This document shows, piece by piece, positions 57,001-64,000 of a stretch of DNA of 64,000 nucleotides. This stretch comes from a virus: IMG/VR virus record IMGVR_UViG_3300025132_007932, positions 1 through 64,000 of that record. One strand, given 5' to 3'. Position numbers and translations under genes: made by a program. How positions within the stretch are numbered: position 1 is the first letter of the stretch; each line of letters opens with the position of its first letter. The notes under the pieces are model-generated. The model did not search any database. It worked only from the letters and a program-made list of their open reading frames with translations, and was not told the origin of the DNA.

Positions 57001-58035
57001 CAGCCAACATTGAAAGTATTGGCCAATTCCACTGTCGTCCCGATTGGCTCTGTAGAGACTTGGACTGGCACCCGGCCGCTTAGCTTTACCGCTGACCAGC
57101 CATTCGCAATACAAATGTACACATCTATTAATGGCACCAAATATGCCCCGAGTGATGCAATTAGTCTTATAAGATCTCACCCGGATCAGTCACAATTAAT
57201 CTCGGAAGTTTATCCAGGTACGATGAAGAACCTTAAAGATGAAGAAGGTAATATAATTGGTATAGAAGGTGAACTGGGAGTTAGGCATGGTATAACATTC
57301 TGGATTGGCTCAGAGTCAACTGCAGCAGAAATCGTCTCAGTTGAAATAGATGCTCTAGACTATACACTAGATAGGGCGACAAAATTTGAAGGAAATAGTC
57401 CTATTTTGTGGTGCCTGCTGAGGAATCTAAAAAATCATAAAAAGTTTAAATTAATATCACACTATGTGTTTCCGTTAAACAAGGTTGCTGCGACATTGGC
57501 AATCTACTGCACTGAAAACTTTATTAATTCAATAGGTCAAATTTCTGTAGGAAATAATTCTACTTATGGATTCTTCTCGTTCAACAAGTATAGCCCTTGG
57601 GGATACGCAGATAAAGAATATACTGGTAAACCTGGCTCCCGCGCCAGCATAGACACAGAGCTTGTTGAATCAGGCAGTAGAAAGTATCTGAAAGTAGATT
57701 TCACACAAGAAGGAAATCCAGGCTGGGCTTCTTTTGCTGATCGAAACCCCGGTTTTTGGGCTGGCCTGTGGGTTAAGCACTGGGATAAGTGGGATAGAAT
57801 ATTGCTTAGAAAGTCGACTTCTAAATTGAAAATTTTATTTAACGCATATTATAACAATAGGAATTTTGGAGGTCCAAAAATGAAAGCACCGAAGGGATCA
57901 CAAATTTGGGCCCAAGGTCTTAGCGAGGCTCTTAAGCCGGCCCCAGGAGCGAGCTACAAGCCTGACTGGGCGAAGTTTGTTGGTAATGCTTGGAACGCAG
58001 AAGGTGGATTGTGCGACAAATTTGATTCAGATTAG
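51046..58035 (+). CDS. giant (2329 aa) putative structural protein
   Basis: Uninterrupted ORF in the baseplate module; Cys-rich; central hydrophobic helices. Confidence 0.65.
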   Translation: MAESTFLPYQDSNNDGIHNDCPVDIVLEPNVCPDCAPNPKALVPRWKKRGITEPFLNEKSCKFQVTKVTPHTEIVDRSTIIAYENNGNEVPADIQDTQLNKKFEEYLDEVIDTFLTEYDKLVTTPNIETLREAIEFTAFDLDPRPHSKLKLLYSVPFTVLNNLEEDEEEEETEEPKLDDITVKYNATDMAIKLIRVRKGLGLYNRYLKVYRAIEGGNIWYEETGSLFNLEVYGDIGFFPDCEMADLLTQLDSFLNQKGYNIPGAGVAGYFAKKVTKLQFTFTGKRKLKKLRAWTAGCPHTPKTWGPKKLKSLNNRSAWKNPTAVGYLIKLFEMERDLTARRPKPWLEFLEEHTYPKIYSTDSTIDEDEDPESPSKKSKKKKKTALSCVGDSLMGEAKQLGQDIMDEVFSIGDAIAYQFHKNLCRENLSEVIDDWADTIGENGNFGDVASMGAEQAYKELIASDDVFVRMCANFIGSSIGVGGSPVGSLDDVWYHGFDEIKICGLFDLILDMLKCLLNGLTLEEALAGMIRSALNAMGVENFGSLFVGLPPEKQAELDALVQRKLNSGDIFAAGSDLQKLSDAIEGGGTGSRNDPQNRGQVTYTKPWEKEEVVQAERDNKRTGGGDAEVPGVPKNENAITGQRNERTLAQQFGSISENANNELSDDNIMEAYIKALIEVYSQDLMSLLDELNKFPGAQFVAKIFATLDCPMPPIFNPGLFDWLKDLTLPFCRNMSDLTFPRFENPFAEIANLKDILYLLWLIALWVIQQLIMKIIMMILIRLCELFSDIICKALATVGNLAASLPDIISGKETFASVIRESICGPDASDEQVNDTIVDMMESLGATSISPDGAAAMGNRERLIQFAEDISSATTRSELMESFLGEPSDQVLSVVDQLIDFEYPELREGLPNKRAIGSLLGNCGNLMPAEFKEDMRNFLEGLPPDDEMPANPSLCATPGQIEQFKELRCSLLEGRATKEQCDTMFDALRGNDPDNPGFLSDLEDLTQMMQDGIPKYMEDMMPPLVSDPGCDNGLLPFEPAEITELSQNGFGGSWEQLKIAYSTDMLGNGNFRNSDSNWGLLNMVMSDTMGNPLSVHHRKVFAQENYVDYYIDTTELPAAANQEPLSILGIQIFGSPFEKAPSVEPIQQQRGAYPLYVAEHLYIQLKDIRNQVSGEGATDPKHNLATFRSTNASMRDRQIIKSFKDLGFDGPYGPDPDPLSMPDLGYNVTSLIKMDPSKSGGGYVRFIRNARKADPDMTLSFFDNGYGLRRDLAGARASLAPELNPETQARPSTGKGDTIQGYTLGSEINIFLSDIVNPRPVPPPPPGPGEGAVTTDDPPDPVPFNLPTDNIRLQIFDLVNLNSDAAGAAAAGVKEREADREGDDLSEVSQLKSLKYEFMGVDDNLKDVDASQFPQFYDSFVSEQSQIPQARLLSDLTGIPVGECVTLHNDVMNSVYRALLDTILDTDASLVESLDEREVGEGHPGYNVPPSFIYGAELDAITPDMFDYVVPQSIRDDSEYRDSGDENLMKDLEIKDYDKDGIEFDWRSIRNGDLVLGVSRDAFNNETAGTPELTRVVYLDPKKFGGRYLRPKVTVKPQVNMGWMGFADALFPQISPCKPQRTDMVDFGDISDTINDELMFISHDQRLKESKECAIEKPFNRILERSGKAGVHGVIRAACRIFGSTYMILGMPVFSKIAPRFPDNFSNVYAAYIVEIMEQACKDAQNGAWSWFNPFKDNDFWYSFLEQAVQTYGRLVDDGKIADPPKYILDILWDLTPRGSLGDMSSGLGNGLSLNSAQVYYDYPWRSDWWESVFSGEISIFKSLSKYRKETALATVAKYEEACKIILQEFIRNELNWTGENFMKNLKTTGLTPKHYDLDYFLLEQMTAGGIPPRDVPGREYTGPSGSNRPEADVPGLDLEWPVKEVLLGGSKVQGQDYYTNGGELMYLDGGKEYVGPYHIALDSEGEEVFKAGDASAPVDSANHDPDQPTLKVLANSTVVPIGSVETWTGTRPLSFTADQPFAIQMYTSINGTKYAPSDAISLIRSHPDQSQLISEVYPGTMKNLKDEEGNIIGIEGELGVRHGITFWIGSESTAAEIVSVEIDALDYTLDRATKFEGNSPILWCLLRNLKNHKKFKLISHYVFPLNKVAATLAIYCTENFINSIGQISVGNNSTYGFFSFNKYSPWGYADKEYTGKPGSRASIDTELVESGSRKYLKVDFTQEGNPGWASFADRNPGFWAGLWVKHWDKWDRILLRKSTSKLKILFNAYYNNRNFGGPKMKAPKGSQIWAQGLSEALKPAPGASYKPDWAKFVGNAWNAEGGLCDKFDSD

Positions 58036-58044
58036 CAATGACGT

Positions 58045-58051
58045 CTAATTA
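58045..58051 (+). promoter_or_regulatory. candidate late promoter element (representative copy)
   Basis: CTAATTA in a short intergenic gap upstream of the gp25-like gene; the same [CA]TA[ATG]TTA element occurs before many genes. Confidence 0.55.
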
Positions 58052-58067
58052 AATAAGGAGGTAGTTT

Positions 58068-58436
58068 ATGGCTTCACTAGGTGTGGCATTACCATTGACT
58101 CTTGATTCGGGCGATGGATTTACAATGCTAAAAGATTTTAAAAAAACAATCAGGCAAAATTTAAAGATGTTAATACTGACAAACCCAGGGGAAAGAATAA
58201 TGGAACCCAATTTTGGAGTTGGTATGAGAACTTATTTATTTGAAAATTATCATGAGGATGTCACGACAAGGATAGAAACAAAAATCAAGCAACAAGTCGA
58301 GATTTATATGCCAAGCATCCGGATTAGAGCGGTCCAGTTTGATACTTCAAATATAGACTCAAACAAATTAGGTGTAACTATAAAGTATGAAGTACCGCAA
58401 ATTGCAGTAAGAGATTTGCTACAATTCACTATTTAA
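58068..58436 (+). CDS. baseplate wedge protein, T4 gp25-like
   Basis: IRQNLKMLILTNPGERIMEPNFGVG...YMPSIRI. Confidence 0.92.
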   Translation: MASLGVALPLTLDSGDGFTMLKDFKKTIRQNLKMLILTNPGERIMEPNFGVGMRTYLFENYHEDVTTRIETKIKQQVEIYMPSIRIRAVQFDTSNIDSNKLGVTIKYEVPQIAVRDLLQFTI

Positions 58437-58451
58437 AAAAGAGGATTTTTT

Positions 58452-60248
58452 ATGGCAGATCAACAAAAAAAGATTTTACCTATCAACTACACCAATAGGG
58501 ACTACGAAAGTATTCGAGACGATCTGCTGGAAATAGCAGAAAGATTTTACCCCGATACTTTTCAAGATTTTAGTGAGGCTTCCTTTGGTTCTCTGATGTT
58601 AGACGCGGTTGCTTATGTCGGTGATCAGTTATCATTTTATTTGGATTATAATATCAATGAGTCGTTTATGGATACCTCGTATCAATATAACAATATCTTA
58701 CGACACGGAAGGATCCTAGGCTATAAAAACACTGGACGACCCTCAACCTATGGCAAAGTGGCCCTTTACGTTCTTGTGCCGGCATCTCCAACCGGTATTG
58801 GCCCTGACACCAGATACACTCCGGTAATAAAAAGAGGAAGCACATTTTCAAGTGATACAGGCTTGGCGTTCATGCTCACAGAGAATGTAGACTTTAGCAG
58901 ACCTGGAACCGTTGTGGTTGTTGGTAAGGTAGACACCGACACCGGTGCCCCAACTCATTATGCCATCAAGGCCTATGGGCACGTTGTATCTGGAGAGATG
59001 GCATCAGAAAAAATTGAAACTGGGCCATTTGAAAGATTTAAAAGACTCAAGCTCGGCGGATCGAATATTTCAGAAATTATATCTGTGGTCGATGAAAACG
59101 GTGATGAGTATTACGAAGTTGACTATCTCTCACAAGACATTGTTTACAAAGAGATCCCTAATTTAAATTATCAAAATGATAACGTTGCATCAATACTTAA
59201 GCCGTTTCTTGTGAGCAGAAAATTTGTTCTCGAAAGAGATAGGTTTAGTGCATATCTACAGTTTGGGAGTGGTAAATCGGGAGAAACAAATGTTGTTGCA
59301 GATCCTCAAAGGGTCGCACTAGATATTTTTGGAAAAGATTATGTAACAGACACAACCTTCGATCCCTCTAGATTGACAAGAAATGAAAATCTTGGAATTG
59401 GCCCATCTAATACATCATTAACAGTGACTTACCGTGCAACAAATCCAACAAACTCTAATATCGGAGTAGCAGGAATAAACTCGTTATCGTCAGTAGATGT
59501 AGATTTTGCGGATAGATCAGTATTGGCTGCTAGCACTATGCAGGAAGTTTTGGATTCTATAGAGGTCTCAAATGAAACACCAATCGTTGGAGACGTATCA
59601 AATGCTTCCAGCGCGGAACTTAAAAGAAGAGTCTTCGATACTTTTGCAACTCAAAACAGGGCTGTAACCCAATCTGATTATGAAAATTTGGTTTACAGAA
59701 TGCCGGCAAAATTCGGCGCCATAAAAAGATGCTCAACTCAGAAGGATCCAAATTCTGCGAAAAGAAACCTAAACATGTATGTGATTTCAGTTGATGATTT
59801 TGGAAATTTAACGATGCCAAATAATACTATAAAAAATAACTTAAAAACTTGGCTAAATCGTCATAGAATGATAAATGACACTGTTGATATACTTGAGCCC
59901 TATCTTATTAACATCGGTATTGATTTTATTGTAAGGGCTGCTAGTAATGTTGATAAATTTGATTTATTAGAAAAGTGTGTACAAACTCTATCAAGAAAAT
60001 ATTCGGATCATTTTTACATTGGCGAACACCTCTATGTAAGTGATATTTATGCTGAATTAAAAAATGTAGAAGGAGTGTTAGACGTCGTAAAGGTAAAGAT
60101 AAATAACAGAACCGGTGCAGCGTATTCTAGTACAAAGATTGACATCAACAAAAATATGTCACCAGATGGAAACTATCTGATTGTACCGAAAAATGCAATT
60201 TTAGAATTAAAATATCCAGATGTTGACATTAAAGGAAAGATTAGATAA
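58452..60248 (+). CDS. baseplate wedge protein, T4 gp6/baseplate J-like
   Basis: YTNRDYESIR...DFSEAS...AYVGDQLSFYLD...ESF; QNRAVTQSDYE. Confidence 0.9.
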   Translation: MADQQKKILPINYTNRDYESIRDDLLEIAERFYPDTFQDFSEASFGSLMLDAVAYVGDQLSFYLDYNINESFMDTSYQYNNILRHGRILGYKNTGRPSTYGKVALYVLVPASPTGIGPDTRYTPVIKRGSTFSSDTGLAFMLTENVDFSRPGTVVVVGKVDTDTGAPTHYAIKAYGHVVSGEMASEKIETGPFERFKRLKLGGSNISEIISVVDENGDEYYEVDYLSQDIVYKEIPNLNYQNDNVASILKPFLVSRKFVLERDRFSAYLQFGSGKSGETNVVADPQRVALDIFGKDYVTDTTFDPSRLTRNENLGIGPSNTSLTVTYRATNPTNSNIGVAGINSLSSVDVDFADRSVLAASTMQEVLDSIEVSNETPIVGDVSNASSAELKRRVFDTFATQNRAVTQSDYENLVYRMPAKFGAIKRCSTQKDPNSAKRNLNMYVISVDDFGNLTMPNNTIKNNLKTWLNRHRMINDTVDILEPYLINIGIDFIVRAASNVDKFDLLEKCVQTLSRKYSDHFYIGEHLYVSDIYAELKNVEGVLDVVKVKINNRTGAAYSSTKIDINKNMSPDGNYLIVPKNAILELKYPDVDIKGKIR

Positions 60249-61882
60249 TGGCCATAAAAAAATATGTAGCCAACGCAGACACAACAATTACAAATGCATT
60301 CCAGCCAAATTTAAATACTAGGGCTACGGGAGCAAACGCCGGCGCATCTGATGTTTTAGAGACGTTTTCTATTTATGGAAGACAAGCATCTAGCTCGGCT
60401 GAGCTTTCAAGAATACTCATAAAATTTCCTATTGACCAGATAACCACGGATCGAAACAATGGCGTAATACCAGGTTCTGGGAGTGTTAGTTTTTACTTAC
60501 GCATGTTTAATGCAAAGCACTCAAAGACAGTTCCTTCTGGAAGCTACCTTATGGTTGCGGAGCCTTTGTCCCGAGATTGGCAAGAAGGCTTCGGCTTGGA
60601 CCTGGAAACTTACAAAGACAAAACCAACGGAAACGTTGGCTCTAATTGGATGAGCGCCAGCGCAACAACACCCTGGACAAAAACAGGCGGAGATTATATC
60701 ACAGCAGCCAATGCTGCATATCCTTGGAGATGGTTTAGTCAAAGAATGACAACCGGACTGGAAGACATTGAAATTGATATCACACAAATGGTGGAATTAT
60801 GGTCTGCCGGTACGGTAAATAACTACGGCTTTGGTGTGCATCTTACGGGCGCAGCAGAAGCCTACTATGACGTTGCGCAAGATGGAACATATGATGGCTG
60901 GAATCAAAACACTACGGGCTCCACAACGTCTTTTTATACTAAAAGATTTTTCGCAAGAGGAACCCAATACTTTTACAAAAAACCAGTTATTGAGGCACGA
61001 TGGAATTCTAGCAGAAAAGATGACAGAGGAGATATGTTTTACAGCAGCTCTCTTGCTGGAGTTAATGACAATTTAAATACAATCTTTCTCTACAACTACG
61101 TCCGCGGCAGGCTTTCAAACATTCCTTCCGTAAACAAAGGAGCAATTTACGTCAGCTTCTATTCCGGCTCTAATGACGACTCTAAGTCAAGTGGCCACAG
61201 CAAGGCAACCGGTACCGAAACAGGACGAGAAGACAGAATGGCGATTACACTACCAACAACATTGCCGTATACGCATGTTTCAGCTTTAAACCCGTACGTC
61301 GTAACTGGAGGTTGGATATCAACAGGGATTTATACGGCTTCGTTTGCAATAACAGGCGCCACTCCGCCATTAACAAAAATATTCGATGTGTGGCATGATG
61401 GCTCTGGTAAAAATCGTCCTTGGTCTGGTATAGAATTTGCAACGTCTTCGTTCCGGCCTTTAAATATGAGCGCTAGTGTTTCTGTAAACAAGCCGTTTTA
61501 TTTCTTAAACATCACAAACCTGAGAAACAGCTACGATGCTGCTGAAACCGCAAGATTCAACTTGTTTGTTAGGCCAAAATATTGGAATCCAACAGTTTAC
61601 ACGATTGCAAATGCAGATGTAGAGAACACATCACAAGCTAGCGCGTCATATATGGTGTACAGGGTATTAGATGGCCACGCCGCAGTTCCATATGGCACAG
61701 GATCAAATGGAGAAACAATGCTGTCGTATGATATGTCAGGAAATTATTTTGACTTTGATATGAGACTCTTGGAGCCTGGCTACACATATGCATTTAAATT
61801 TTCCTTCTATGATAATGATATCGGCAGTTGGACAGAACAAAAAGACTCTTTCAAGTTTAGAGTAGAAGACTATGAGTATTAA
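60248..61882 (+). CDS. putative baseplate/structural beta-sandwich protein
   Basis: ADTTI...SRILIKF...W..G...W...GGD pattern; follows the gp6-like gene. Confidence 0.6.
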   Translation: MAIKKYVANADTTITNAFQPNLNTRATGANAGASDVLETFSIYGRQASSSAELSRILIKFPIDQITTDRNNGVIPGSGSVSFYLRMFNAKHSKTVPSGSYLMVAEPLSRDWQEGFGLDLETYKDKTNGNVGSNWMSASATTPWTKTGGDYITAANAAYPWRWFSQRMTTGLEDIEIDITQMVELWSAGTVNNYGFGVHLTGAAEAYYDVAQDGTYDGWNQNTTGSTTSFYTKRFFARGTQYFYKKPVIEARWNSSRKDDRGDMFYSSSLAGVNDNLNTIFLYNYVRGRLSNIPSVNKGAIYVSFYSGSNDDSKSSGHSKATGTETGREDRMAITLPTTLPYTHVSALNPYVVTGGWISTGIYTASFAITGATPPLTKIFDVWHDGSGKNRPWSGIEFATSSFRPLNMSASVSVNKPFYFLNITNLRNSYDAAETARFNLFVRPKYWNPTVYTIANADVENTSQASASYMVYRVLDGHAAVPYGTGSNGETMLSYDMSGNYFDFDMRLLEPGYTYAFKFSFYDNDIGSWTEQKDSFKFRVEDYEY

Positions 61883-64000
61883 GAAACTTTTCGAATCAAC
61901 AGACAAATCAAAAAATTATTTAACAAGTAAAAATAGAAAAGACGCCTTTAAAAATGTCGAGTCTGGCAGAAATGTGTCTGCTCTGCGCGAAAAACAACAA
62001 ACGTTCGTCCCGCAGGTAGACTATTCAAACCCAGAAAATTTTGCTAGATATGGCTCAGCTTATTTGTATTACGAAAGCTCAATTGATCGAATTATCGATT
62101 ACTACCCTTATGATGGCTCTGATGCGGAAATAAATGAATATTACAACAAATCCTTAGATATAGAAAAATATGTCTTTAATAACTTGTATCCGCGCACCAA
62201 TGGTTATATTATTTTGTGTGCAGACGGATATGGAAGCTCCACTGCGGGTGTTGATGGATATGATGTTCCAGCAACTCAAGAACATATTACATTTTACGGC
62301 GGCCCCGGCACCGCATCGGCAACAACAAACAAGAAAGATCTGTTCAATAATCCAAAAGACAGTAAATTTCAGTATTCAAACGTATATGACACAGACATAT
62401 ACACAACTGAAGGATTGCCATCTGATTATGGATCCGGTTCTCGCGAATCAAACTTAAAGGCAGATTTTGAGCGCGGAGTCACTGTTGAGTTCTGGATGAA
62501 GTCTGGCTCTATGGCCCCAAGCGCGACAACAACTAGAAAGCAAGTCATCTTTGACATGTGGAACAATAACTCTTCTGCTAGTAGTGATTATGCAAGACTT
62601 AGAATAATGATGACAGGTACTGCGGGCGCAGGAGAATGGTTAACAGCCACAGGAGACTCCGACGCAGATACACCATTCTACATCACAGCTTTATCTGGCG
62701 CCGCTACTACCACCGCCCCAGAGACGATAAATATAAGCAGTATTAGCGGAAAAGGAATTAGTAATTACAAAATCGGTAAGAGCTTGGTGGCTGATAATGC
62801 TTGGCATCATTATGCATTTGTTTTGTACAATTCCGGCAGCGATGCAAAATTGAGTCTTTATGTTGATGGAAGACACAACGATACGAGAACCATAACAAGC
62901 GCAGCAATAGACAATTTAAATTCAAAGAACATGGTTGGGAGAATTGGCGCCCTTGTGACTGCTCCAGAAAAAAGCAATGCTGCTACTGGATCTGCAAAAC
63001 TAAACGCATCTTTAGACGAGTTCCGTTTCTGGAAAGTCCGTCGTTCTGCAGAAGAAATTGGAAGAAACTATTTTACACAAATCCGCGGAGGTGTCAACAC
63101 AGATATTTCCAATACAACACTTGGCTTGTATTATAAGTTTAATGAAGGTATAACTGGTGAGTCTGCAACCGACTCCGTTGTTCTTGACTATTCTGGTCGA
63201 GTAGTTAATGGGGTCTGGTCTGGGTATGGTTCAGACTCTAGAAACACAGGCTCTGCTATTATCTCGGCTAGCGCAGCGACTAGCGAGTATGAAGACCCGA
63301 TCATATACTCAAACCACCCACAAGTGGTGTCGTTAAAAGCTGACTTGCTCTACACTGGTTCATATCATGATGATCAAAACAACGCTTCAATGAAAAATAT
63401 GGTCCCTGGCTGGATTTTGGACGATGAAGACGGAGCAAGGGATACAAACTTAAACAAGGTATCCCACGTTATGGGCGCGTACTTTGATAAACTATATCTG
63501 CAGATTCAAGCAGTTCCTTCGTTTAGGAACTTGGAATATACCAGTGCTTCCTTCACGCCGCTTCCGTTTGCTCAACATCTTCCGCAGTCTTTAGGGCTCT
63601 ATAGTCCAGATTTGTTTATTGATTCGAATGTGGTTGAGAGATTTAAAAATAGAGATGAAAATTCAGTATTTGAGTCAGATCTTGCAGAAACAAAAAATCT
63701 AATTTACCTTAATCTTTATAACAACTTAGCAAATATATTTAAATCCAAAGGTACGGAAAAATCTATTAGAAACGTTTTCAGATGTATGAATATCGATGAC
63801 CGTTTGGTAAGATTTAACACATACTTCCGGAACCAAACCTACAAACTAGACAATACGATGCAACAAACGTTGGTTGAGAAATCTTTCTTGAACCTTCACG
63901 AAAGCAACAGTATCGGCGGCGTTGTATACCAGAGGTCAAGTTCGTACCCACACGAAGCCAACAACAGACACGATGGATCAGGGTTTGTAAGGGGTCATGA
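61872..64000 (+). CDS. large structural protein with LamG/concanavalin-like domain (partial, runs off window; not in ORF track)
   Basis: ATG 61872 MSIKKLFES...; in-frame VTVEFWMK, WHHYAFV, LDEFRFW, KSKGTEKSIR; no stop seen in the segments translated. Confidence 0.8.
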   Translation, partial: MSIKKLFESTDKSKNYLTSKNRKDAFKNVESGRNVSALREKQQTFVPQVDYSNPENFARYGSAYLYYESSIDRIIDYYPYDGSDAEINEYYNKSLDIEKYVFNNLYPRTNGYIILCADGYGSSTAGVDGYDVPATQEHITFYGGPGTASATTNKKDLFNNPKDSKFQYSNVYDTDIYTTEGLPSDYGSGSRESNLKADFERGVTVEFWMKSGSMAPSATTTRKQVIFDMWNNNSSASSDYARLRIMMTGTAGAGEWLTATGDSDADTPFYITALSGAATTTAPETINISSISGKGISNYKIGKSLVADNAWHHYAFVLYNSGSDAKLSLYVDGRHNDTRTITSAAIDNLNSKNMVGRIGALVTAPEKSNAATGSAKLNASLDEFRFWKVRRSAEEIGRNYFTQIRGGVNTDISNTTLGLYYKFNEGITGESATDSVVLDYSGRVVNGVWSGYGSDSRNTGSAIISASAATSEYEDPIIYSNHPQVVSLKADLLYTGSYHDDQNNASMKNMVPGWILDDEDGARDTNLNKVSHVMGAYFDKLYLQIQAVPSFRNLEYTSASFTPLPFAQHLPQSLGLYSPDLFIDSNVVERFKNRDENSVFESDLAETKNLIYLNLYNNLANIFKSKGTEKSIRNVFRCMNIDDRLVRFNTYFRNQTYKLDNTMQQTLVEKSFLNLHESNSIGGVVYQRSSSYPHEANNRHDGSGFVRGH

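Noticed and set aside
1-64000. Stop-codon reassignment
   Set aside because: Long conserved genes are intact in the standard code, and TAA, TAG and TGA all terminate genes

Overview
This 64 kb window looks like part of a large (jumbo-type) contractile-tailed phage genome. It is AT-rich and densely coding, essentially every real gene is on the + strand, and the standard genetic code applies. Phage hallmarks include T4 gp25- and gp6-like baseplate genes, a gp55-like late sigma factor, PIN-PhoH, a PD-(D/E)XK nuclease, a tmRNA and a tRNA-Asn. A CglF/GltF-like gliding-motility protein and a vWA lipoprotein suggest a Myxococcota/Bdellovibrionota-type host (inference). The layout has four blocks. (1) 0.3-17 kb: small beta-barrel proteins, envelope proteins and putative head-packaged cargo proteins. 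Several of these carry a shared N-terminal tag (MKLLLENWRxF/YxxE) resembling the T4 capsid-targeting sequence. In three tandem genes the tag is encoded by a 27-nt DNA repeat that also supplies the upstream gene's stop codon. Modular polyproteins with L-x-E linkers sit alongside them. (2) 17-26 kb: nucleoid, translation and metal-related accessory genes, including tmRNA, tRNA, a 20-aa 9-Cys peptide and a 30-aa basic peptide. (3) 26.6-46.9 kb: a ~20 kb nucleotide-sugar/glycosyltransferase island with no export machinery. (4) 47.7-64 kb: late sigma factor and baseplate/structural genes. A recurrent [CA]TA[ATG]TTA element is the candidate late promoter and often lies 4-7 nt before a start codon. 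All family calls come from motif recognition by eye; no database searches were run.
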